This document shows, one piece after another, positions 48,391-57,833 of a DNA stretch of 64,000 nt. Source of the stretch: Longimicrobiales bacterium (GTDB lineage Bacteria > Gemmatimonadota > Gemmatimonadetes > Longimicrobiales > Gaopeijiaceae); the NCBI GenBank assembly GCA_965202805.1, contig OZ241869.1:1856001-1920000 (forward strand), in the 5' to 3' direction. Below the pieces are notes generated by a model. The model did not search any database and was not told the origin of the DNA. It worked only from the letters and a program-made list of their open reading frames with translations. A program made the position numbers and the translations under genes. The stretch's first letter is position 1; each line of letters starts with the position of its first letter.

Positions 48391-49980
48391 TCAGGGGTTC
48401 ACCAGCTCCGGGAACCCGGGCGGCGGGCGCCGGTGGCGCGTTCCCTGCTCGTAGGCGTAGGCGAGGCGGAAGAGCAGGCCCTCTTCGTACGGGCGCGCGA
48501 GGATCTGAAGCCCCGCCGGATGGGCGCCTTCCGTGAACCCCATGGGCACGGTGATGGCGGGCATCCCGGTGGCGGGCGCGACCCGCTGGCTGTTGTCGCC
48601 GCTGTACTCCTCGTTGCTGCGGTCGATGTGCGCGGGCGGGCTCAGCCAGGTGGGATAGACGACTGCGTCCAGCCCGGCGGCGTCCATCGCGCCCGTCAGG
48701 TCGGCCAGGTAGCCCTGGCGCTGTTCGTTGTCGAGGTAGTCCGGGCAGGGCGGATCCCATTCGGCCGGGGGGACGTCGAGCGGCATCCCCTCCGAGCGGC
48801 GCAGCCCGCTTTCCGCGTCGCCGCCGAACTCGCCGGTCTCGAGCACGGCCAGCACGTCGGTGAACGGGGCCGCGTCTCCCAGCGACTGCAGGTAGACGTA
48901 CATGTCGTAGCGGAAGCGGCGGCAGGACATGCCCTCGCGCTCCAGCTGCGCCTGCACGTCGAAATCGAAGGGATCGACGATCTCGGCGCCGAGCCCCGCC
49001 AGCTCCCCGAGCGCGTTCTCGAAGACGGCCACGACCTCCTCGTCGGCGTCCTCGGTGTCCACCAGGGCGCGCAGGACCCCGATGCGCGCGCCCGCGAGGC
49101 CGTTCGCATCCAGGAACGCGGTGTAGTCGTCCTCCTTGCGCCCCTGCCCCGCCTCCGTGTAGGGGTCGGCCGGGTCGTAGCCGGCCACCACGTTGAAGAG
49201 CCGGGCCACATCCTCAACGGTGCGCCCCATCGGGCCGGCGATGTCGCGGTCGAAGGCCAGGGGCACGACGCCGTCCCGGCTGGTGAGCCCGATCGTCGAG
49301 CGGATCCCCACCAGCGCCAGGCGCGAGGAGGGCCCGCGGATGGAGTTGCCGGTGTCGCTGCCGAGCCCGATCAGCCCGAAGCCGGCCGCGACCCCCGACG
49401 CGGTGCCCCCGCTCGACCCGGCCGGCACCCGGTCCGGGGCGTAGGCGTTGCGGGTCGTGTCGAACGACGAGCTCACCGACTGGCGCGGGCTGAACGCCCA
49501 CTCGGCCATGTTGGTCTTGGCCACCACGATGGCGCCCTCCTCGCGGATGCGGCGCACCATGAAGGCGTCGTCGGGCGGCACGCTCGCGGCCAGCCCGATC
49601 GAGCCCGCCGTGGTGACCATGTCGTGGGTGTCGAAGTTGTCCTTCACCAGCACGGGGACGCAGAAGAGCGGGCCGGGCTCCTCTCCGGCGGCCAGCGCCG
49701 CGTCCAGCTCGCCGGCGCGGTCGAGGGCGGCGGGGTTCACCACCGTGATCGCGTTGATGCGGTCCTCGTAGGCTTCGATGCGGTCGAGGTGGGCCCGGAC
49801 CACCAGGCGGCAGGTGGTTGCGCCGGAGAAGATGGCCTCCTGCACCCCGGCGATGGTGGCTTCCACCACGTCGATGGGGCCGGGAGGGGCGGCGCAGGCG
49901 GTTGCGGCGAGGGCTGCGGCCAGGGCGATGGCTGTGGGTGCGCATGCGCCCGTGCGGGCTGGTCCTGTCTTCCCTTCCAT
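48391..49980 (-). CDS. Amidase signature family protein (likely lipoprotein)
   Basis: VKDNFD, KTNMAEW, GSSGGTA and GSDTGNSIRGP motifs. TGATG overlap with the upstream gene. Confidence 0.92.
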   Translation of the reverse strand: MEGKTGPARTGACAPTAIALAAALAATACAAPPGPIDVVEATIAGVQEAIFSGATTCRLVVRAHLDRIEAYEDRINAITVVNPAALDRAGELDAALAAGEEPGPLFCVPVLVKDNFDTHDMVTTAGSIGLAASVPPDDAFMVRRIREEGAIVVAKTNMAEWAFSPRQSVSSSFDTTRNAYAPDRVPAGSSGGTASGVAAGFGLIGLGSDTGNSIRGPSSRLALVGIRSTIGLTSRDGVVPLAFDRDIAGPMGRTVEDVARLFNVVAGYDPADPYTEAGQGRKEDDYTAFLDANGLAGARIGVLRALVDTEDADEEVVAVFENALGELAGLGAEIVDPFDFDVQAQLEREGMSCRRFRYDMYVYLQSLGDAAPFTDVLAVLETGEFGGDAESGLRRSEGMPLDVPPAEWDPPCPDYLDNEQRQGYLADLTGAMDAAGLDAVVYPTWLSPPAHIDRSNEEYSGDNSQRVAPATGMPAITVPMGFTEGAHPAGLQILARPYEEGLLFRLAYAYEQGTRHRRPPPGFPELVNP

Positions 49981-50954
49981 CACTTGATCTCCTCCAGCAG
50001 TTCCACGTTGCGCAGGCCCTCGCGCGCGTCCACCGCCGGAGGGCGGCCGTTGCGCACCGCCGCGGCGAAGTCCGTCAGCTCGCCCACATAGGGGTTCTGG
50101 ACGACGTAGGGCACCATTCCCGCCCTGGTGAAGACCGTCCCCGCGCCCCGCGGCCCCAGGGTGTGGTTGCCGATCACGTATCCCTGGTCGCCGTAGACCT
50201 CCACCCGCGAGGGCGACTCGAACTGCACCGAGGAGCAGAACTCCGCGGTGGCCCCCGACTCGAAGGTCACCGCCACCAGGGCGCTCTCGTCCCGGGGCCC
50301 GCCCCACACCGCGTTGCTGGTCATGGAGCGCACCTCCACGACCTCGCCGCAGCCCGGCATCATGAACCAGCGGATCATGTCGAGGCAGTGGGTGCCCACC
50401 CCGGCCAGGCTCCACCAGCGCCCCACATCCGACCCGGCGCGCCAGTTGGAGTCGTCGGGCGCCGGCCAGGTCCACTGCACCCGCATGTGCCGGAGCGCCC
50501 CGAGCGCCCCGCCCCTGATGAGCCGCTCCATGGCGCGGTGGCCGCCGTGCCAGCGCAGGTGGTAGGCAACCCCCACGGTGACGCCTGCGGCCTCGGCGGC
50601 CTCCGCCACCCGGCGCCCGTCCGCCGACGAGGTCACCATCGGCTTCTCCACGAAGACGTGCTTGCCCGCCGCGATGGCCGCGAGCGCCTGGTCGGCGTGA
50701 AGCGCGTCCGGCGTGGCGATCAGCACGGCATCGAGTCCCGGATCGGCGAGCATCTCATCCAGGCGCTCGTAGCCCGGATGCGGCGCCCTCGCCCGATGGC
50801 GTCGCGCGAAGTCGCCCGCCCGCCCGCGGCTCCGGCTCAGCACGCTCCACAGTCGAAGCCCCGAGGCCGAGGCCAGGGCCGGGGCCAGCTGGGTCTCGGA
50901 GATGCGCCCGGTGCCCAGCAACGCCACCCTGAGGGGCTTCGGCTTCATGCTCAT
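49980..50954 (-). CDS. Gfo/Idh/MocA family oxidoreductase
   Basis: VALLGTGRI, IATPDALH, GKHVFVEKP and HCLD motifs. Confidence 0.92.
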   Translation of the reverse strand: MSMKPKPLRVALLGTGRISETQLAPALASASGLRLWSVLSRSRGRAGDFARRHRARAPHPGYERLDEMLADPGLDAVLIATPDALHADQALAAIAAGKHVFVEKPMVTSSADGRRVAEAAEAAGVTVGVAYHLRWHGGHRAMERLIRGGALGALRHMRVQWTWPAPDDSNWRAGSDVGRWWSLAGVGTHCLDMIRWFMMPGCGEVVEVRSMTSNAVWGGPRDESALVAVTFESGATAEFCSSVQFESPSRVEVYGDQGYVIGNHTLGPRGAGTVFTRAGMVPYVVQNPYVGELTDFAAAVRNGRPPAVDAREGLRNVELLEEIK

Positions 50955-50955
50955 G

Positions 50956-52134
50956 TCAGCGGACCGCCATCATCTGAATCTCCACGCCGAGGCGCCCCAC
51001 CAGCGGCAGGCCCGCCACCGTCGGCTCCGGTGCCCCTTCCGGCATCACTTCGCCCAGGACTTCCAGCACCGCTTCCGCGTCGCGCACGTCCGTCAGGTAG
51101 ACCCAGACGTTCCGCACGTTGGAAAAATCCATCTCAGCAGCTGCCAATGTTGCATTTAACCTGTCCAGCGTGTTGCGCGTCTGCGCGGGGATGTCCTCCC
51201 CCGCCGCCAGCATCCCCGCCAGCCAGAGACGAGCCCCAGTGTCGATGGCCGGCGAAAGCGGCGCGCGGCCCGGACCCTGGCCCGCGGGGCGGACCACCGC
51301 GCGGGCATCGGAGCTCTCGGCGACGCACTGGATCTCGACCAGGAAATCGGAGTTCATGAGCCCGCCGCGCACCGCTGCCCGGGCCGGCGGATCCTCCGCG
51401 GTGACGAACTCGCGGTAGGCCTCGTTCATGTCGCCCCACAGGCGCACGTCGTCCAGGAAGACCTGACAGCTCACGAGATCCCCGTAGTCCATGCCCGCCG
51501 CCTCCAGAACCATCCCGATGTTGCCGAACACGCGCCGGGTCTGCGTCTGCACGTCGCCGCGCACCGGCTGGTAGGTCTCCGGGTCGCGGCTGGTGGCGCC
51601 CGCGACGAAGAGGACGTCGCCCGCCCGGATCCCCCACGAATAGGGGAGCGCCGGCGACTGCAGCCCGGAGGGCGAAATGACCTCGGTGTCGTCGGGCGTG
51701 GCCACCGCCGAGATCTGGATCAGCGCGTCCACGTCGGGCAGGTCGGCCTCCACGGTGGCGCGCGTGGGCGGATTCTCGGCGAAGTAGGTCCGGTAGATGC
51801 CGTTCATCCCCTGAAAATGACGGGGGTCGCGCAGGAACACGTTGACGGCGACGACGTCCTCGTATCCGAGCCCGTGCCCGGCGAGCTCCGCTCCCAGCGC
51901 ATCCAGCGTCGCCGTGGTCTGCTCCTCGATGGTGGTGAGCGCGACGTCGCCGTCCGAGGTCCCCGTGAGGTTGGACAGGAAGACGAGCTCCGGCGCCTGC
52001 GCGGAGGCCCCGGGCGCGCACGACAGCGCGAGCGGCAGGGCGAGCAGGACCAGTGCGGGGACGGCGGCGCGGCCGGCGCGGACACGCGATCCCGGGCTGC
52101 GGACATCGAGGAAGCGCGAACGGGACAGGTTCAT
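50956..52134 (-). CDS. RidA/YjgF family protein with three tandem domains and an export signal
   Basis: PPTRATV, PYS...GDVLFVAG, PPARAAV..VEIQC and VEIQM motifs. The hydrophobic leader ends ALS-C, and there is a GGAGG RBS. Confidence 0.85.
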   Translation of the reverse strand: MNLSRSRFLDVRSPGSRVRAGRAAVPALVLLALPLALSCAPGASAQAPELVFLSNLTGTSDGDVALTTIEEQTTATLDALGAELAGHGLGYEDVVAVNVFLRDPRHFQGMNGIYRTYFAENPPTRATVEADLPDVDALIQISAVATPDDTEVISPSGLQSPALPYSWGIRAGDVLFVAGATSRDPETYQPVRGDVQTQTRRVFGNIGMVLEAAGMDYGDLVSCQVFLDDVRLWGDMNEAYREFVTAEDPPARAAVRGGLMNSDFLVEIQCVAESSDARAVVRPAGQGPGRAPLSPAIDTGARLWLAGMLAAGEDIPAQTRNTLDRLNATLAAAEMDFSNVRNVWVYLTDVRDAEAVLEVLGEVMPEGAPEPTVAGLPLVGRLGVEIQMMAVR

Positions 52135-52405
52135 GGGATGACCTCCGGATGGGCGATGGAAGGCTCGCAGCCCTGATGGTAGCCGCGCCGGGCGCGCGCG
52201 CAAAGGGAACCGGGTGAAGTCGTCCCGGACGCCCCGGAATGCGCCCATCGGCCCGTCGGCTTGACTTGATCCGGCGCCCTCCCTACATCCAACCCACATC
52301 ACCGCCGGGACCTTCCGGGAGGGGCATCCACGCCCCCCGGCGTGCCTCCGTTTTCTCGACGGGGCACGGTGCGAGGCGGCACCGTCGCGGAGGATCGGCG
52401 CGCGC

Positions 52406-53776
52406 ATGGCAGACTCGACGACGCAGGATCAGGGCATCGCGGCACGCCTCCTCAACATGGAGCGCGGCGAACTCCCGCTCGCCGTCCTCTCCGCGATCTT
52501 CTTCTTCTTCGTGCTCTGCGGGTACTTCTTCCTGCGGCCGGTGCGCGAAGCCATGGGCGTGGCCCGCGGAATGGACGAGCTGCGCTGGCTCTTCGTGGTC
52601 ACCTCGGTCATCTCGCTGGCGGCGGTGCTCGCCTTCGGCGGGGTGGTGGCGCGCATGAACCGGCGCCGCTTCATCCCCGTGGCCTTCCTCTTCGTGATCG
52701 CCTGCCTGTTCGTCTTCTCCGGGCTGATCATCCAGGACGTGAGGGCCGGCGGCGGGCTAATCGGCACCGATGCGGAGACCACCCTCGCGCGCGGCGTGGG
52801 CTACACCTTCTACGTGTGGCTGACGGTGATCAACCTCTTCACCACCAGCCTCTTCTGGGCCTTCATGGTCGACATCTTCGACGTGGACCAGGGGAAGAGG
52901 ATGTTCGCCTTCATCGGCATCGGCGGCACCCTGGGCGCGCTGGCCGGGGCCGAGGCCACGAGCATCATCAGCGGGATGACGGAGTCGTCGTACCTGCCTG
53001 CCGGGCTCATGCTGCTCGCCTGCGGCTGCTACTGCATCGCGATCGCCACGATGCTGTGGCTGGACCGGAGGGCGGTCCGCTCGCGCGCGTCGCGGCTGGA
53101 GGGGCTCACCAAGGGCGGCCGCGACGCCGCCGGGCCCGACGGCAGCAGCAGGATCGGGGGCACCTTCTGGGAGGGAGCCAGGGCGGTCGTGGCCTCCCCG
53201 TACCTGCTGGGGGTCGGGCTGTGGGTGGTGTTCATGGCCATCTCCAACACCATGATCTACTTCACCCAGGCCAACATCATCCAGCAGGCCACCGACACCT
53301 TCAGCCAGCGGGTGGGGAGCTTCGCCAACTTCGACTTCCTGGCCCAGTTCGCGACCCTCCTGACCCAGATCTTCATCACGACGCGCATCATCAAGAAGCT
53401 GGGCGTGGGCTGGACGCTGGCGATCCTGCCGCTCGTGACCGTCGCCGGGTTCGCGGTGCTGGCGGTGTGGCCGCTGTACGGGGTCATCCTGATCTTCCAG
53501 GCGGTGCACCGGGCGACCCGCTACGCCATCTCGCGGCCCTCGCGGGAAACGCTCTTCAGCGTCGTCACGCCCTCCGAGAAGTACAAGGCGAAGCCGGTGG
53601 TCGACGTGTTCCTGTACCGCGCGGGAGATGCCACGGGGGCCGGAATCGACGCCACCTTCGCCGCCCTCGGCATGACGCTGGCGCTGGTGGCCGCGTCGAC
53701 CGTGCCGCTGGCGGGCATCTGGATCGCGCTCTCGATCGGGCTGGGTCGGGCCCAGGCCAAGCGAGTCGCGGAGTAG
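52406..53776 (+). CDS. MFS-fold Npt/AAA-family-like nucleotide transporter
   Basis: YFFLRPVREAM, SLFWAFMVDIF..QGKRMF and RPSRETLF....EKYKAK..VD...YR.GD motifs. Confidence 0.85.
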   Translation: MADSTTQDQGIAARLLNMERGELPLAVLSAIFFFFVLCGYFFLRPVREAMGVARGMDELRWLFVVTSVISLAAVLAFGGVVARMNRRRFIPVAFLFVIACLFVFSGLIIQDVRAGGGLIGTDAETTLARGVGYTFYVWLTVINLFTTSLFWAFMVDIFDVDQGKRMFAFIGIGGTLGALAGAEATSIISGMTESSYLPAGLMLLACGCYCIAIATMLWLDRRAVRSRASRLEGLTKGGRDAAGPDGSSRIGGTFWEGARAVVASPYLLGVGLWVVFMAISNTMIYFTQANIIQQATDTFSQRVGSFANFDFLAQFATLLTQIFITTRIIKKLGVGWTLAILPLVTVAGFAVLAVWPLYGVILIFQAVHRATRYAISRPSRETLFSVVTPSEKYKAKPVVDVFLYRAGDATGAGIDATFAALGMTLALVAASTVPLAGIWIALSIGLGRAQAKRVAE

Positions 53777-53850
53777 GCGACGGCCGGTCGGCGACCGAGG
53801 TGCGGGCCGGCGGCCGGTCGGCGACGAGGTGCCTGGCCGACGCCCTGCGA

Positions 53851-54909
53851 CTACCGATACAGCCCGAAGAAGACCTTCGCCGCCACCTTCCGGAACACAC
53901 TCCGGGTGAGCAGCCCGGCTTCGAGTGCCCGCGCCACCGGCAGGCGGTCGTAACCCCAGCGCGCGGCGTGCTTCCACGCCAGCTTGGGATACGCGCGCCG
54001 GACCACCGGACCGGGATGCGCGCCGCCCGCCAGGTGGTCCGCGATGGCGTCTCCGGCGATCTTCCCGAACCGCCAGGCGTGGTGGATGCCCCCGGCCGTC
54101 AGCGGTGACACCATGCCGGCGGAGTCCCCGATGAGCATCACCCGTTCCCCGTAGAAGTTGCGAAGCAGACCACCATAGGGGATCACGCCGCCCCGCTTCT
54201 CCACCACCCTGCCGCCGGACAGCCCGAAGAGGGGGTCGAGCTTCGCGACGAACCCGGGCAGGTCGGCCCGCCGGTCGCGGTGCAGCGCCAGCCCGACCTG
54301 CGTCGTCGCCACGCCCGGCACCACCCACCCGATGTAGCCGGGCGCGTACTCGGGATCGATGAAGCAGTGCAGGCAGTCGGCGACGCCGTCCAGGGGCTCG
54401 AACTCCCATTCGACCCCCTTCAGGAGGCGGCGGTTGCGATCGAGGCCGAAGCCCCCGGCCACTCCGGAGCGCGCGCCATCGGCCCCGACCAGGAAGCGAC
54501 AGGCGACGTCGGAGCCCTGAAGCCGCAGGACGGATCTCTCCGGGGCCGCGCCCCGATACCGCTCGCCGAACCGGATCTCGACGCCCGCGCGCTGCGCCTC
54601 GCGCGCCAGGTGGCGCATGAGCCGGGCGGTATCGGTCGCCATGAAGAAGTAGCCGTCCCGCTCCAGATCGATATGGTCGTGGGCGGGCGTGTAGACCCGG
54701 ACGCGGCTGATCCGGCGAACCAGCCGGGCCGGCACCCTCCACTCGGCCCACGCTTCGTGCACGAGAATCCCGGTGGTGTGGATGCGCTCGCCGGGTTCGG
54801 ACTGCCGCTCCAGAACCAGGACGGAGAGGCCCCGCCGGGCGGCCTGACGCGCGCAGGCGAGACCGGCAAAGCCGGCCCCCGCCACCACCACATCATGGTT
54901 CTCCGCCAA
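53851..54909 (-). CDS. Geranylgeranyl reductase-like FAD-dependent oxidoreductase
   Basis: DVVVAGAGFAG, VGADGARS and LIGDSAG.VSPLTAGGI motifs. TTG start with a GGAGAGG RBS. Confidence 0.88.
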   Translation of the reverse strand: MAENHDVVVAGAGFAGLACARQAARRGLSVLVLERQSEPGERIHTTGILVHEAWAEWRVPARLVRRISRVRVYTPAHDHIDLERDGYFFMATDTARLMRHLAREAQRAGVEIRFGERYRGAAPERSVLRLQGSDVACRFLVGADGARSGVAGGFGLDRNRRLLKGVEWEFEPLDGVADCLHCFIDPEYAPGYIGWVVPGVATTQVGLALHRDRRADLPGFVAKLDPLFGLSGGRVVEKRGGVIPYGGLLRNFYGERVMLIGDSAGMVSPLTAGGIHHAWRFGKIAGDAIADHLAGGAHPGPVVRRAYPKLAWKHAARWGYDRLPVARALEAGLLTRSVFRKVAAKVFFGLYR

Positions 54910-55044
54910 GCCACCTCTCCTCGTGCGTGGAACGCCGACCGAACCCCTGCGTCGAACGCTGACCGAACCCCGCATCCCGGCGCCCGGCGCGACCCCAAAC
55001 TTGCGGGGCGGTCGCGACACCGCCACACAAGATATGTCACGGAT

Positions 55045-55180
55045 GATTCGGGGTTCCTGATCGAAGAGGGTTCGGGGTTCCCGATCACGCAGGGTTCGAG
55101 GTTCCTGATCACGCAGGGTTCGGGGTTCCCGACGAGAGAAGGTTCGGGGTTGCCGATCACGCAGGGTTCGGGGTTCCTGA
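55045..55180. repeat. 24-bp tandem repeat, ~5.7 copies, in a divergent intergenic region
   Basis: Consensus ggttcggggttcc(c/t)gatcacgcag. Confidence 0.9.
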
Positions 55181-55265
55181 ACGGCTTGCGGGGACCTCGC
55201 CGCGTGGGCCACCTTCACGCGCATTCGTCATCCCGCCTCCCCGGAGCTCGTCCCAGGAGCCAGCC

Positions 55266-57803
55266 ATGAACGCGCACAGCCGCTTGCGATCATCGACCTC
55301 GACACTGGTGGCCGGTCTGATTCTGACGCCCCTCTTTCTGACATCGCCGCTCATCGCCCAGGAGGCCGGCGACGGCCTCGACATCGACCGGGGATACATC
55401 CTCCCCGACCAGGTCATCCAGGACCTCTTCGCCACCGATCCGAACTACGCCACCCTGGACCACGTCAGCCCGGACGGCGACCACTTCGTGGTTCCGCTGT
55501 CGACCGAACTGTCGACGCTGGAGGAGGTGGGGGAGGAGACGCTGCGCCTGGCCATGCTCGAACTCCGGGCCGCCACCGACCGGCCCTGGCACCTCGACAT
55601 CTACGGGCTCTACGGGTTCCGCTTCTATTCGCTGAGCGAGCGGTCGTTCACGGATGTGGAGCTGCCCGACGGGATCTACGTGAGCGACCTGATGTGGTCG
55701 CCCGACGGCGCGCGGCTGGCCTTCCTGGCGCACCTGGAGGAACGGACCGAGGTCTGGATCGCATCGGCCGGGGACGGCAGCGTGACCGCGGCCGGCGACG
55801 CGCGCGTGATCGCCACCCTGGGCACTTCCTCGCGCGGTCAGGGATCGGCGCCGTCCCAAATGCTCCAGTGGACGCCCGCCGGCTCGGTCATCACCCTGGC
55901 GGAGCCGGCGGACCGCGGCGCCGAGCCTCCCGCGCCCGTCCTCCCCGCCGGGCCCACCATCCGGCACACGCGCTCGGCCGCGACGCCCACGCGCACGATG
56001 CCCTTCCTGCTCGAGGGCGAGCACGACTCGGACCTGTTCGAGTACTACACGCGCAGCCAGATCGTCGAGCTGGCGCCCGGACGGCCTCCCCGCCCCATCG
56101 GGGACGCCGGGATGTACGAATCGGTCTCGCTCAGCCCCGATGGACGCCACCTGATCGCCACCCGCATCGAGCGGCCCTTCTCGTTCATCGCCAGCTACAC
56201 CGGCTTCCCGCGCGTGACCGAGGTGCTGGACGCGGAGAGCGGCGATGTGCTGGCGACGCTCGACGAACGCGGGCTGCGGGAGGGCCGGGGCGGCGGAGGC
56301 GGCGGCGGCCCGCGCGACTGGCAGTGGCGCCCGGACGGGAGCGGCGTCGCGTATCTGCATCGCGCCGCCCCCGACGACGCGGGCGACCCGGACGCGCCCC
56401 GCCCCGACCGCATCATGCTGCTGCGCGCGCCCTTCGGCGACGGCGACGAGGTCGAGGTGGCCTCGAGCGACGATCCGATCACCGAGGTCACGTACTCGCT
56501 GGACGGGCGCCACGCCTTCGCGTCGGTGCGCCGGGACGGAGAGAACGGGCTCGCCCACTTCGCGCTGGACGATGGTGCCCAAGGCAACATCATCGTGCCC
56601 TTCCACGACCCCGCGGACGCGGTCTCCCTCCCCGGCGACCTGCTCACCGCGCGCACCGCCAACGGGCTCGACCACGCCTGGGTCTCCTCGGACGGCGAGA
56701 GCGCCTATCTGCGCGGCGCGGGACTCAAGGAGGACTTCCGCCCCCAGCCCTTCGTCGACCGGGTTTCCCTCTCCAACGGATCCACCGAGCGGCTCTTCGA
56801 GGGCTCGCGGGACAGCTTCGACCAGCCGCTGGTGCCGTTGGACCCCGACCTCGAGCGCATGATCGTGAGCCGCGAGGGCAGGAACACCTTCCCGGACAGC
56901 CATCTCTGGACCGGGGGCGGCGAGATGGAGAATCTGACCCGCAACGCGGACCCCTTCCCCCAACTCACCGCCGCGCGCCGCATCGACTTCGAGTTCACGC
57001 GCCGGGACGGGCTCGAGATCCAGGGACGGGTCTCGCTCCCCATCGACTATGTCGAGGGCACCAGGGTGCCGGCCATCTTCTGGACCTATCCACGCGAGTA
57101 CAGGAGCGAAGAGGCCTTCACCAACGCCACCATCCGCGCGCGCAATCACAATGCGTACACCGGCCTGACCTGGCTCCGCTGGTCGGACATCTGGCTCACC
57201 CAGGGATACGCGCTTGTCTATCCGGACATTCCCATCGTCGGCGAGAACTATAACGACTACTATATTTCAAATATGGTCGACGGGATGTACGCCGCGATGC
57301 GCGCGGTCGATGGCCTGGGCGTGATCGACATGGACCGGATCGGGCACGGGGGCCACAGCTACGGCGCCTTCGCGACCGCCAACTTCCTGGCCCACACCCC
57401 CTTCTTCAAGGCGGGCATCGCGGGGGACGGCGCCTACAACCGCTCGCTCACGCCCATGGGCTTCCAGGCGGAGCCGCGCGACATCTGGGCGGCGCCCCAC
57501 GTCTACATGGAGATGTCCCCCTTCTTCAAGGCGGACCAGATCAACACGCCGCTGCTCCTCTACCACGGGGCCGACGACAATAACTCGGGCACCTATCCCA
57601 TCCAGTCGAGGCGGATGATCCAGGCGCTCACCGGGCTGGGCAAGACGGCGGCGCTCTTCGAGTACCCCTTCGAGTCGCATACCCCGCGCGCGATCGAGAA
57701 CAACCTCGACATGTGGGCGCGCTGGGTGGGCTGGTTCGACACGTACGTGAAGGGCGAGGGGGCGGATGCGCGCCCGGTGTCGGATGGAGGTTCGAGGCGC
57801 TAG
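55266..57803 (+). CDS. S9 family serine peptidase
   Basis: WTYPREY, GGHSYGAF, GAYNRSLTP.GFQ, YHGADDNNSGT and ESH motifs. Confidence 0.92.
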   Translation: MNAHSRLRSSTSTLVAGLILTPLFLTSPLIAQEAGDGLDIDRGYILPDQVIQDLFATDPNYATLDHVSPDGDHFVVPLSTELSTLEEVGEETLRLAMLELRAATDRPWHLDIYGLYGFRFYSLSERSFTDVELPDGIYVSDLMWSPDGARLAFLAHLEERTEVWIASAGDGSVTAAGDARVIATLGTSSRGQGSAPSQMLQWTPAGSVITLAEPADRGAEPPAPVLPAGPTIRHTRSAATPTRTMPFLLEGEHDSDLFEYYTRSQIVELAPGRPPRPIGDAGMYESVSLSPDGRHLIATRIERPFSFIASYTGFPRVTEVLDAESGDVLATLDERGLREGRGGGGGGGPRDWQWRPDGSGVAYLHRAAPDDAGDPDAPRPDRIMLLRAPFGDGDEVEVASSDDPITEVTYSLDGRHAFASVRRDGENGLAHFALDDGAQGNIIVPFHDPADAVSLPGDLLTARTANGLDHAWVSSDGESAYLRGAGLKEDFRPQPFVDRVSLSNGSTERLFEGSRDSFDQPLVPLDPDLERMIVSREGRNTFPDSHLWTGGGEMENLTRNADPFPQLTAARRIDFEFTRRDGLEIQGRVSLPIDYVEGTRVPAIFWTYPREYRSEEAFTNATIRARNHNAYTGLTWLRWSDIWLTQGYALVYPDIPIVGENYNDYYISNMVDGMYAAMRAVDGLGVIDMDRIGHGGHSYGAFATANFLAHTPFFKAGIAGDGAYNRSLTPMGFQAEPRDIWAAPHVYMEMSPFFKADQINTPLLLYHGADDNNSGTYPIQSRRMIQALTGLGKTAALFEYPFESHTPRAIENNLDMWARWVGWFDTYVKGEGADARPVSDGGSRR

Positions 57804-57833
57804 CAGCTGCACGCGGGGGGGAGGAGAAACGGC

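Noticed and set aside
53776..53845. Two ~31-bp direct repeats between convergent genes (a similar 18-bp pair lies at 38308-38340)
   Set aside because: Only two copies, consistent with the general micro-duplication tendency. No specific function can be supported.
55045..55180. CRISPR array or N-terminal extension of the reductase
   Set aside because: The 24-bp units are contiguous with no spacers, and the reductase has a better start at 54909 with an RBS next to its FAD-binding motif.
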